Below are positions 54,009-64,000 of a DNA stretch of 64,000 nucleotides, piece after piece. Location of the stretch: positions 1 to 64,000 of IMG/VR virus record IMGVR_UViG_3300018493_000089. One strand, given 5' to 3'. Made by a program: the position numbers and the translations under genes. This stretch comes from a virus (lineage: Duplodnaviria; Heunggongvirae; Uroviricota; Caudoviricetes). Numbering within the stretch: the first letter of the stretch is position 1; each line of letters opens with the position of its first letter. Below the pieces are notes generated by a model. That model saw only the letters and a program-made list of their open reading frames with translations, searched no databases and had not been told where the DNA came from.

Positions 54009-54590
54009 TCATCTAATTAGGCACATTAAATCAGAACCAAGAATAGAGTCAACTGTTTTAATTTTTGTAATAGAATCAAAAGTGCCGTTTTCAACTCTTT
54101 CTGTGATTACAGTTTTCAGAGTATTTTGCATACTTTTAGGAACTTGTTTTAAAGCTTCTGAAAACTGAGCGTTAGGAAGATTTAGGATTTCATCAATATC
54201 CTGTTTTGTAAACGCATTATCATATACAGCTTTTACTTTTTCCCATCCCTTAGAATCAATCAGATTATTATCTTCAATAATAAATCTAGGTTTAAACAGA
54301 TAATTTGAGCGACTATCTCTCATATATACAAGATCTTCATATCTAACATTTTCTGTATAACCATGATTTGCCCATTTATAAAGAATGCCGCTTTTTTTAG
54401 CAGAACAAAATAACTCACCAGCTGTCACAGAACGACAGGGGATTAGATCATCTGATTTGTATTCTTTTGCTTTTTTAACACTTTTTTTAGACACAGGAGC
54501 CTGTGTAGTTTCTTTTGTTTCTTCTACAATTACATTTTCAACAGCAACATCTTCAATAGTTGCTGATTTTTTTGCGGGTTTTGTCGCCAT
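54009..54590 (-). CDS. hypothetical head-associated protein
   Basis: RBS GGAGGATTAATAAT precedes the ATG. It follows the MCP terminator. Confidence 0.45.
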   Translation of the reverse strand: MATKPAKKSATIEDVAVENVIVEETKETTQAPVSKKSVKKAKEYKSDDLIPCRSVTAGELFCSAKKSGILYKWANHGYTENVRYEDLVYMRDSRSNYLFKPRFIIEDNNLIDSKGWEKVKAVYDNAFTKQDIDEILNLPNAQFSEALKQVPKSMQNTLKTVITERVENGTFDSITKIKTVDSILGSDLMCLIR

Positions 54591-54612
54591 ATTATTAATC
54601 CTCCTATTTTCT

Positions 54613-54644
54613 CCTTAAAAATAGGGTGCCCAGAAAGGACACCC
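54613..54644 (-). terminator. terminator after major capsid gene (GGGTGTCC-tttct-GGGCACCC + T-run)
   Basis: 8-bp stem. Confidence 0.55.
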
Positions 54645-54663
54645 ATTGTATTTATAAATCAAA

Positions 54664-55740
54664 TTAAGCTTCGATTTCCCATGTACCGAATTTCTTGCCG
54701 ATAACTGTAGCTACACCCAGTTTCTGCTGATATTCAGCTTCAATAGACATATCTCTATTTGTATCTTTATCAGTTACTTCACTCATCTGAGCATCGCCTT
54801 CATCGTACAGTTTGATGAATTTGTTATCGCCAACGGGCATAATCAGCAGTTTGCTATTATCAACCAGTTTTGTTGTTGTGTCATGAGGAGCGAATGCTTG
54901 GGGAATTTCAACCAGTCTTGTGCCTTCGAAATAACCCAGTCTACCTGTTGTATATCTTTCTTGTTTCATTTCATTAGAAACCCAATCAACTTCAGACATA
55001 CCATTCAGTTTAGCCAGAGCAGATTTTGTACCCATGATAACAACTTCTTCACCTGTAGCTGTCTGAACATCTTCAATCAGTGTGATGAATGTGTCTCTCA
55101 TAGAAGAATTCAGCTGACCTGTTTTAGCAAACTGAGATGTAGGCATTACTTTATCGCCAGCAGACATAACTGCTGCATATACCATATCGTTTACTTTTTT
55201 GTCAAATCCTTCATAGATTTTCTGAACAAAACCAGCCCAGTCAATTCTGCCAGCCATGAACAGTTCGTATTCAGCATAGATTTTTACACCATACCAGCTT
55301 GTTTTAACATTGAATGTTTCGCCTTCAGCCAGTTTCTGTCTAATCAGGTTGTGATGATTACCAGACAGTTCGGATACAGTCAGGATACATTCATTAGGTG
55401 CATAGAATTCGTTTGTATCGCCAGCAGCCATAGATTTCATTTCTACGAATTCGTTGAAGAAAGGATTTTCACCCCAACCGGACACCAGCAGATCTGTTAC
55501 TGTTTCTTCGATTACTTCGTAAACTGCAACTTTATTTTTTCTAATTGCTTTTCTCAGTTCTTTTCTTGTGCAACCTTCATCAACACCTAGAACCTGGAAC
55601 ATTACTTCTCTAATTTTAGCGTTTGTATCTTCTTTAGATTTTTCATAAATGCCTTGAGCAGCATCAAACATCAGGTTTTTAAAACCATTCTATTCAAATG
55701 CAACAAATACGTTGTTTGTGCTATCGTTTGTGAATCTCAT
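54664..55740 (-). CDS. major capsid protein (1 in-frame TAG at 55690)
   Basis: SD AGGAGG sits 9 nt before ATG 55740. High-expression codon bias, and a terminator downstream. Confidence 0.6.
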
Positions 55741-55770
55741 TATAGTAGTCCTCCTTTCAGCAAGTAATTA

Positions 55771-56238
55771 TCAACCGATTGTCAGTTTTTTGTTAGCAAC
55801 AGAAACTTTAGCGCCTTTTGCAACTTCGCCAGAGATTGCTTCTGCAGAAACTTCGAATCTATCATATTTCAGCAGTTCCATACATCTCATAATGTCACCC
55901 TGTGCATTGTAGAAATTGGATTCATGCTGGCACTGTGTTGTGTATTCTTCATAAATCATAGGAACCTGTGCTACTAACCAGCAATTTTCAGCAGATGCTA
56001 CGTCAATCAGCCAGTTACCATTTGCTGTTTTATCAATAATTGTACCAGCGAATGTACCAGCAGCAGCTTCAGCCTATACATCAGGTCTCAGATATTCGCC
56101 ACAACCAACGATGCAACCGTTGTCGATGTCTGCTGTAGCTTCGATGTTGCGGATGTGAGAACCGCCAATTGTAGACAGCAGTTCGCTTGTACCAACAACA
56201 GCGTGTTTGTTTTTAAAGTTTAAAAAATTTGTTGCCAT
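55771..56238 (-). CDS. head decoration / scaffold-like protein (1 in-frame TAG at 56074)
   Basis: SD AAGGAGG sits 8 nt before ATG 56238. Codon bias matches the MCP. Confidence 0.4.
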
Positions 56239-56259
56239 TTAAATTTCCTCCTTTTTATA

Positions 56260-56282
56260 ATAAAAAAAGACCATGCGGTCTT
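56260..56282 (-). terminator. terminator (AAGACC-gcat-GGTCTT + T7)
   Basis: 6-bp stem and a T-tract. Confidence 0.45.
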
Positions 56283-57851
56283 AGTCAAATAAATTACCAT
56301 ATCTTTTATTTGTAGTAGTTTTAACAGAAAAATTAATTTTGTTAGTTTCTTTTTCTTTACTATGTGTGAATGCTGTGGGGTTTTCATATACATAGTTAGA
56401 GAAAATAACTTTTGCTTTTTCTTCAACTTCTGTTACAGAATATTTATCAATATCTTTTTTCAGACAATTAAATTCTTCGTTGTCAGCAAGAACAGAGAAT
56501 TTTTCATTACTAATAATAGCTTGTTTTTCACTTCTTGCAACTTCTAAGTCATAATTATCTTTAAATGCTTTGAGTTCGTTATATGTAGCCTTCATTAAAT
56601 CAAGAGCAACTTTTTCTTCTGCAGTAATAAATTCAGCAAATACTTCAATTTTATCGCCTTCAAAAGCGATGTTATCTCCATCAACCACATATCCCTGACG
56701 ATAATATTTCATACCATCTGTATAATCTTCGTAAATAAAATAAGAATCAAACACTTCTACAATCCAAACATTGTAATACTGTTGTTCATCAACACTTTCT
56801 CTTAAAATTGTATATAAACCAGCACGAATGTCGTCATGAGAAATTTCATAAGAGATTACTTTACTTTCAAAGTTTTCGGGTTCATCTTCGGGCTGAGGAT
56901 CAACTTCAGGCTGAGGGTCGACTTCAGGTTGTGGATCTGTTTCAGGTTCAGTTTCAGGAGCTGGCTCTGGTTCGCCTTCTTCAAAAGCATTCTCAAAAGC
57001 CTGTTCTAATTCTTCATCTGTCAGTCCTTCAATTTCAAAAGTAATATCTTGTTCTGTCTTATTGTATTTTTCCAGTAATTCTTGCAGTTTCAAGTTTTCA
57101 TATCCTCCTTTCTCAGTGTGCTTTCTAAAATCAGATAATAATGACTGGAATTCGGATAGAATACTCTTCAACTCATCATAGTCATTATTGTTTTCAAAAG
57201 TTTGCACAGTTGCTTTGGCTCCATCCATACCGGGTTTTACATGTGAACCTAGTAGAGTTACACCAAAGAAAGTAAATTCATCGATAGAGAGACGTTTATT
57301 TTTTGCATCAAAAGAAAATTTCTTGACATTTAATTCCACAGAAACATCAACAACACCACGTTTTTCTAAAATATCAGCAGCGTAGCTATATTCTCTAAAA
57401 ACTAAACCATCAACGAAAACATATTTTTTATCAGATTGTTCATCTTCTACCAATTCAATATTATTATCTTTTGGAATAATGCCGACAATTTTTTCTATGT
57501 ACTCGATACGTTCTTTGTCTGGATTCATTTTATCCTGAGCAATTACCATATCATGTCCATTAAAATCTAATGGTAAGTCGTCATTCCCATTTTGCACTTC
57601 AATTATAGATGCAAGGATAGGTTTCTCAGCAAAAGAGGGTAGGGCATTCGTCATAGATTCTTCAGAAATATAAGATCCATTCAAGTTTTCAAGCGTATGA
57701 CAAGCCTTAAATCTGCAGGGAAGATAATGTTCATCATATTCGCCTTCAATAGCTGAAAAAGAAGCTGGCACTGAAACTAAAATACCATTTTCTTCTTTTG
57801 CTTCGTAATTCTACACACTATTCTGAACACAATAATTGAACAGTTCGTGCA
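56281..57851 (-). CDS. putative prohead protease / scaffold fusion with acidic Pro-rich repeats (1 in-frame TAG at 57810)
   Basis: SD AAGAGG sits 7 nt before ATG 57851. PEPAPETEPETDPQPEVDPQPEVDPQP repeats and an HK97-protease-like FNGHD segment. Confidence 0.35.
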
Positions 57852-57908
57852 TAGGAATACCTCTTAAATTCATTACGCACATACACCTCCTTTCTAAAAT
57901 TGATGAGC

Positions 57909-58088
57909 TTAAAATGTTAAAATGTCTGAATAACAAACATTAGCATTTTCAAAATTAAATTTAACATTATTATCATTAATGAAAATATATTTAAATTCAT
58001 CAGATGAAATCAGTATAAAACCAGCAACAATCATTTTTTCTGCAGTAGTTTTATCTTTAACGATGATAAATGTATTATTACTTGACAT
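57909..58088 (-). CDS. small hypothetical protein
   Basis: SD GAGGTGAG precedes the ATG. 59 aa. Confidence 0.3.
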   Translation of the reverse strand: MSSNNTFIIVKDKTTAEKMIVAGFILISSDEFKYIFINDNNVKFNFENANVCYSDILTF

Positions 58089-58098
58089 TTATCTCACC

Positions 58099-59592
58099 TC
58101 ACATAGAATTTTTTTCTTGTTCTTTGGTTTTTTCCCCTTCATCTGTTAATTCATCAGTATCTTTTTCATGTGATGTATCAGTAGATTGTGTATAACTTGT
58201 TTGGAAGGGTATCCAAGTTTTATGTAGTTGTAAAACTTCGTTTTCCAAGAAATCAAGACTCATGGTTTCTAAAGGACTAAAGCCATCCAATGCCGCTACC
58301 GCAAGCTTAACAGGAACGCCGTTTTGTCCGGATTCTAACAATTCTTTTTTCTTTTTATTTTTTGTATAAGGTGACACTTCCATATATTTTACAAAAGCAT
58401 GATCACCCAAAATATATCCAATATATCTATTCACCCAATTTTGAATCTGGGGTAAAAGTGGTTTCAATGCCGTTAAAGTATCAGATAAAATTTGAGCTTC
58501 GTAAATTGTTGTCCCAGTTTTATCATTATCTAAAACTTGTGAGCCGCCAGACATTTTTAACAAATTACTTTGGGCATTTGATAAAGAGTCAACATCCTGT
58601 GTCTGATTATCTTTAAATTCAATTGGTTCAATAGGAAGCGGGGAGATAACTGCATTTACCTGATCCGGTAAAGAATCTGCAAATTTATTAAAATATTCAA
58701 TTGCAGTATCAACATCAACCTCGAAATCATCTGGCTCATCAGTTCCAGATAAAACCTTTAATCGTGCGACAAGTAATTTATAAATTGATAATTCATCTTT
58801 AACAGCCTGAATTGATTGTAAATCAATTAAATCAATTAATGACTCAAACAAACCAACGAAAGGTGGCATAGCCATAGTAGAGTCTTCAACATTAATTTTC
58901 AAACAAATGGTTCGCTCTATATCTAATTCTTGCCAACGTAAATTATTATCATTTTGATATTTATTCCATTTTGATTTAAATTCTTTATCCCAATATTCTA
59001 AATTGTCAGAGTATCTTCTAAAATAAGAGAAATCAAATGCAAAATTTAATGTGCCATCATAATTTACAGAGCTAACTCTACAATATTCAGAAGGAAGAGG
59101 CATTATATAAAAATTTTCATCGTCTTCATACACATAACCAAAAAAAGCGTCTTCAATCCAAGCGGATAGAACACACTTATAAATCTCATTTTGCAAATTC
59201 ATTTTATGTAATTGTTTTAATGTGCTAGAATATTCTTTTAAAACATCTTCCCTAGATCTTGGTTCGTCTAAATTTTGTAAAGGAATAATAGACATATAAT
59301 TTAAGTCAATCATTTCTGTATAATACTTAACCAATCTTCTATAAGGGTAGGATAATCTATATAAAAACCTACTTAGATTTCTGAGATTGGTTTCATTATT
59401 TTTAGGGTTTTTCATATAGTTTCTCAATAATGTTTTTGAGAAAATAGTGAAAGTTCTGTTTTCATTTTTTGTCAAATTTGCAAGCTGAATTATTTCTTTA
59501 GTTTTTGCAAAGGTTTCGTGACGTTCTTTGATGTCTTTAACGCTATATTGGCGATTCTTATTTTTTTGTTTTGGTTCTTTTTGTGCTCCCAA
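58099..59592 (-). CDS. putative portal protein (TTG start after SD AAGGCGGTGA)
   Basis: About 497 aa. Directly downstream of terL, with an acidic C-terminus. Confidence 0.45.
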   Translation of the reverse strand: MGAQKEPKQKNKNRQYSVKDIKERHETFAKTKEIIQLANLTKNENRTFTIFSKTLLRNYMKNPKNNETNLRNLSRFLYRLSYPYRRLVKYYTEMIDLNYMSIIPLQNLDEPRSREDVLKEYSSTLKQLHKMNLQNEIYKCVLSAWIEDAFFGYVYEDDENFYIMPLPSEYCRVSSVNYDGTLNFAFDFSYFRRYSDNLEYWDKEFKSKWNKYQNDNNLRWQELDIERTICLKINVEDSTMAMPPFVGLFESLIDLIDLQSIQAVKDELSIYKLLVARLKVLSGTDEPDDFEVDVDTAIEYFNKFADSLPDQVNAVISPLPIEPIEFKDNQTQDVDSLSNAQSNLLKMSGGSQVLDNDKTGTTIYEAQILSDTLTALKPLLPQIQNWVNRYIGYILGDHAFVKYMEVSPYTKNKKKKELLESGQNGVPVKLAVAALDGFSPLETMSLDFLENEVLQLHKTWIPFQTSYTQSTDTSHEKDTDELTDEGEKTKEQEKNSM

Positions 59593-59610
59593 CTTTTCAC
59601 CGCCTTTCAA

Positions 59611-61626
59611 TTATAGTCCAGAGAATAGAGAGCTGCGAGTCCCAGTTCTCATTGGTAATTTTTGTGCTAAACTAACATTTGGAGTTTCTTTTTTCTTATT
59701 TCTAATTTGGGAAACTCGTTTTTCACTCAAATACCAACCAAGCATTGCTAATGTGTAAGCACGGTCATCATGCAACGTGCCTTCACTAGCGCCGGTATCA
59801 GCATCTTTATGAGCAGGAAGTTTAAATGAGTCAGAGCCGCTATCACGTTTTACACGACAAATATTTACAATTTCTTCTTTCATCGCATCAATTTGTGATA
59901 AAGCAACTTCTTCATCAGGTGATAATTTATACATAATTGTTTGAGCTGTATCTAATTTGTCTAGCTCATCTGCTAGACGTTCTTCATATTCTTTTGTTGG
60001 AAGATCTAATTTATCTAATTCAGCTCTAATTCTTTTTTCGTTTTCTTTAATTGTTTTTGTGTCAATCTGTAGCATATTTAAATAACCACGATTATCATAC
60101 TTTTCTGGGAATGTAATATAATCTCCTTCGACCATTTTAATTAATGCCTCAAACATTTGAGATTTATATTTTGCTGGTTCGAGCATTTTAATTTTATCAA
60201 CAGCGTTGGGGAATTTTCTTATGTAGTCTTTAGAAAATTCTTTGTCAATAAATCCACGCTGTTTTTTCCCGGATTTATCCATCCAGTCCTCTAATAAAAA
60301 GTCTGGAATACTTTTACCGCCACCGCCGGCACCAGCATCAATCATAATACATTCAATATTACCATATAAATCGGCATCTCCATTGTAATCTAAAATCAAT
60401 TGTTTTAATTCGCTAATTTGTTGTGGAGTTGTTTTGGGTGTTTTTTTTCTAGTACTTAAATCCATAAAATTAACACAATTAACAATATCCATCATCCAAC
60501 CCTTCTCATCGTCATAGCGTAATTCACCAACGCTAACAACAGAATTGTCAGTAGATCTTGCAGGGTCATATGCTAATACAAAAGTTCTTTTTCCTGTATC
60601 ATTACTCATTACAGGAGGGCGAACATAAGAGTTTCGTGTAATTAATGCACGTTTAATAATTTGTCCGGAACCACCATCTTCCGTGAACACATTATAATAT
60701 TCTCTTAATGCCTTTTCTTGATTAACACGCATTTCTGCATCAACAGTTTCCTGACGCAGTAGTGAAGCGGGATAAATTTTTCCGCCTTTTGTGCCTCTAA
60801 TTACAACATCGCAGTTAATATCTGCAACAAAATAACGAGGATCGCCTAAAAGCATTTTCTTGGAAAAATCCCTATATTTAGAATAAAACGGTGTATCAAT
60901 AGAAGATGCAGATGAAATCTAGACAAGTTGATTTGGAATTTCTCTGGGTAGAGTTCTAATATCCATATCTCCACCCATTTTAAAATCTTTATTTACGATG
61001 GTAAATGCACCATATACATTCATCATTTCTTCCGACAAGAAGCCACATTCATCAAATACAACCATATTGCCACGAGCACCTCTTTTGCGGTCAATATTTG
61101 AATTCAATGTCTTAGTAAAAGAACCATTATAAAGACTGTAAAAATGCCCAGATGGATTATGGACAAATCCTTCACCCATGCCATTTCTAATCTCTAATTC
61201 TTGTTTAAATACACCGGTTAACCCAGTCATAGATTCAATATTTCTATTTGCAATATTTTCTAGTGTTTTAAAAGTTGTGATAGCCTGATCGCCAGAGCCA
61301 GAGGCAATATATGCCCAATAGTTATTAAATAGCATACCTTTTGCCATTAACATTAAGTCTGTAATTGAAGATTTACCAAAACCACGACTACACACCCATA
61401 AGGAGTAGGGGGTGTTCCAAGTTTTCATAATAGCATACGCCTGTGCATCAAGTAATTCTGCGCCGATTACATCTTTGATAAATTTAATCGGGTTTTTCTG
61501 ATACTAAGCACGAATTTCAGCAAGTTTTTGAAAACTCTCCAATTTTCTTGTGGACATAGAGTATTCAGTTGGTTTTACAAAAATCTCATAATTCTTGGGG
61601 ATAAATAATTTATTTTCATCATTCAT
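59611..61626 (-). CDS. terminase large subunit, 671 aa, assembled from two track ORFs plus an uncalled N-terminus via 2 in-frame TAG
   Basis: N-terminus MNDENKLFIPKNYEIF..., Walker A CSRGFGKSS, Walker B MVVFDECGF, and nuclease domain VLAYDPARSTDNSV. TAGs at 61504 and 60919 are in frame. Confidence 0.8.
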
Positions 61627-62965
61627 TTAAATTACCCCCGTCTTCATCATTATGTTCTGGCATACTATAATCCATTGGAATATATTTATCTTCTTGTGAT
61701 CCATTACTATACAAAATAGTATCTTTTGATAAATTGGCTTTATCAAGATAACCAATTTCTTTTAAATAATCTTTTAAATCCATATTTTCACGCAACAAGA
61801 TTCTTGCTTGTTCTTCACGCTCTTCAGCTAATTCAATGTATTTCTGTAAAAGTTCACGTTGTTCCGCAAGCATTTCAGAATAATCATTTTCATCAAGTTT
61901 AATTTTGTTTAAAATCGACTGATTGCTGATATCTGCGACTTGACGCATACCACGACATGTGCCAATATCAAACCCATTAACTTCCGCTGCACGAAGATTC
62001 ATATCTTTTAATTTTCTTGTTCTACCAGTGAATGTATCGTCGCCACGCTTAACATTCTTATTGTTTTTTAAAGAAATACAGCTTTCTGTAGCTAATTTTT
62101 GAATACTTGCTGTAATCTTTGATTTTGTATCTTCAAGAGCCCTGATGGTAGATACATTTCTATCTAAATTTCTAGTATCGTTAATCAATACAGAAATAAT
62201 ATCGTTAATTTTTTCAATATGTAAAAACCCTTTTACAATTTCAATGATGGAGCTAATTCTCATCATATCTGCACTTGTATCTTCATCTAAATCACAATAT
62301 CCAACAAACTGAGAATATAAAAATGGCTTATCTTTTTCCTGTTCGGTTTCAAATGGATCATATCCAAGTAACCTTAAAGTATCAGCTTTATTTTTTTCAT
62401 ATTCCTCAAGCAATGTTTTGTTTTTTAATAAAGTTGCATCCGTTGGAATTAGTGCTATTTCAGGCTTAAATACATCGCCATCACGCCAGCGATAGCCAGC
62501 ATATTGTTTCATAGCAATATTTTTTGTGTATGCAGTAAAAACATTGTTTTTAATTTTTTCATGTGTATTATTTGCAGCCTCAAGCAAACTAGATTCCCAA
62601 ACACTTGTTAAAAATGGTTTATCAACATATTCAAGATATGCTTTAACAGAATCAACTGTTGGAGCAGAGGCTACACCAGTATCAGGATCGACAGGCATAG
62701 CAATTTGATAACAACATTTTTTGCAAATTCTGCTTACGCTTGTTTTTGATAGTGGGTCTGTACATGCGAAAAATTCAGTGTGCGGATATACACCACCGCA
62801 TAAATAACATGTATGATAATCTCTACCTATCTTTAATTTTCTAAACAACTCAAGTTTCTATTGCTGTGGAATTGTTTCAATTTCTTTTACCAAATCATCA
62901 ATTTGGTATTTTTGATCCCGAAGTGGTTGTTTTACTTCTTTTGTTTTTTTCGCTGTCTTAGGCAA
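61619..62965 (-). CDS. zinc-ribbon + coiled-coil protein upstream of terL (terminase small subunit / packaging candidate); TTG start, 1 in-frame TAG
   Basis: SD GGAGGTGG precedes TTG. CYLCGG...CKKCC. TAG at 62858. Confidence 0.4.
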
Positions 62966-62984
62966 CAAACCACCTCCGTTTCAA

Positions 62985-64000
62985 TTACAATAATATTTTT
63001 GTTGACTTATTAGTACAAATAACTTTTGTTGTTTTACAGCGATTTCCGAGTTCCGCTTCCAAATCATCCTTGAATTGTAATTTATTGTGATCGGAATGAA
63101 CAAGATATACTCGTTCAGCGTTAATATCGGCATAATAATTAATTAAATCTTCTCTTTGCATATGTGAAGAGAAAGATGTTAAATTACAAATTTGAGCTCT
63201 ATTTTTAAAAGGTTTGCCATTAATAGTGATTGTTTTTTGTGTATCACCATTTTTAATTTTATATGCTAAACTACCTTCTGTAGAATAACCACAAAAAAGA
63301 ATACAATCATTCTCTACAGGTAAAATACTTTCTGTCCATTTTACGCTTCGCCCAGCAGTTAACATACCAGAACTAGATAAAATGCATTTTGCACTCTTAT
63401 CCATGACTGCAGCCTTGCTCTCTTCGGGATCTGTAATAAAAATAATATTTTTCCAATTCATCATGGTGTCAAATTTCTCTTTTGCGTCACCGGACAACAA
63501 ATTAGAATAATGTTCTAATAATCTAATAGCAAGTGGGCTATCTATAACTATTGGAATATCAAAATTTTTATCATTCCCGAATATAGTAAAAATATTCCAA
63601 AGCATATATGGCATACGGTCAAGGCTGAATGTTGGAATCAAAACACGCTGATTTCTATCTATGCAATATTGTTCAATAACACTTTTAATTTTTTGCATAT
63701 CTAAATCATATGTTTTCTTTGTCATATCTCTGCCTTTCGCTGAATATGTGCATTCACCAATAACAATATTAGCTTTTTTGACAGGCTCAAATTCTTCAAC
63801 AAATACATGTTGTTTTTGTGTGATAATATTACCCAAATCAGAGGTGAATAAAATTGTTCTTGGATGAACACCTCGTAAAATTACCTCTGTTTGTTGTGAC
63901 AAGAAAATATGTCCAGCAGGAGTGTATCTGACAGACACATCTTCTGTTATCTCAAAAATTTGATGTGATTCATATTCCTCAATATATTTTAAAGCCATAT
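62985..64000 (-). CDS. MBL-fold / beta-CASP-like hydrolase (possibly 5'-partial at window edge)
   Basis: C-terminal VYLVHSDHN. The ATG at 63998 is 2 nt from the window end. Confidence 0.45.
   Translation of the reverse strand, partial: MALKYIEEYESHQIFEITEDVSVRYTPAGHIFLSQQTEVILRGVHPRTILFTSDLGNIITQKQHVFVEEFEPVKKANIVIGECTYSAKGRDMTKKTYDLDMQKIKSVIEQYCIDRNQRVLIPTFSLDRMPYMLWNIFTIFGNDKNFDIPIVIDSPLAIRLLEHYSNLLSGDAKEKFDTMMNWKNIIFITDPEESKAAVMDKSAKCILSSSGMLTAGRSVKWTESILPVENDCILFCGYSTEGSLAYKIKNGDTQKTITINGKPFKNRAQICNLTSFSSHMQREDLINYYADINAERVYLVHSDHNKLQFKDDLEAELGNRCKTTKVICTNKSTKILL

Noticed and set aside
1-64000. TAG codons as inactivating mutations of a decaying prophage
   Set aside because: TAGs are the only interrupting stop. 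They occur in dozens of genes, including every essential structural gene, and never coincide with frameshifts. Motifs continue in frame and terminal TAGs are followed by short extensions ending at TAA or TGA in the usual overlap pattern. Decay would scatter all three stops and indels.
1-64000. TGA (opal) reassignment
   Set aside because: No conserved gene is interrupted by in-frame TGA, and TGA frequently serves as the terminal stop in ATGA overlaps.
1-64000. CRISPR arrays, rRNA or tRNA genes
   Set aside because: No direct-repeat/spacer architecture and no rRNA-like segments were seen. No confident tRNA cloverleaf was traced by eye, so a suppressor tRNA, if present, is probably outside this window or needs software to detect.

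Overview
This 64 kb window lies inside an AT-rich genome of a tailed, probably temperate phage with a siphovirus-like tail and Firmicutes-type features. It contains no recognisable host backbone.

Layout:
- Plus strand, 1..15.9 kb: replication and nucleotide-metabolism module. It holds a partial Pol III alpha gene, ThyX, a guanylate-kinase-like gene, a dNK-like P-loop kinase, an NDT-fold protein, anaerobic RNR NrdD/NrdG, an ATP-dependent DNA ligase, a metallophosphoesterase, an SPFH protein, FolD and dUTPase. It ends in a strong terminator.
- 16.0..17.9 kb: lysogeny unit. A 5' fragment of a miaB-like host gene sits next to a large serine recombinase with no canonical start codon.
- Minus strand, 18.4..64 kb: lysis genes (endolysin, holin), a nonulosonic-acid (sialic-acid-like) biosynthesis cassette, tail fibres, baseplate and tail genes, two giant tape-measure-like genes, tail chaperones, RusA, the major tail and head proteins, portal, large terminase and an MBL-fold protein.
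- A plus-strand moron island with its own promoter and terminator, plus a promoter-driven ~370-nt non-coding stretch, interrupts the tail genes at 42.3..43.5 kb.

The main result is genome-wide reassignment of the TAG stop codon. In-frame TAGs interrupt ThyX, NrdD, TerL, the major capsid protein, tape-measure protein, tail fibres, holin and many others, with conserved motifs continuing after them. Real stops are TAA or TGA. Most multi-ORF breaks in the supplied track are therefore artefacts. Inside paralogous tail-fibre repeats the TAG codon lines up with Tyr (three paralogs) or Phe (one paralog). This argues for an aromatic residue, plausibly Tyr, rather than the Gln usual in recoded gut phages.
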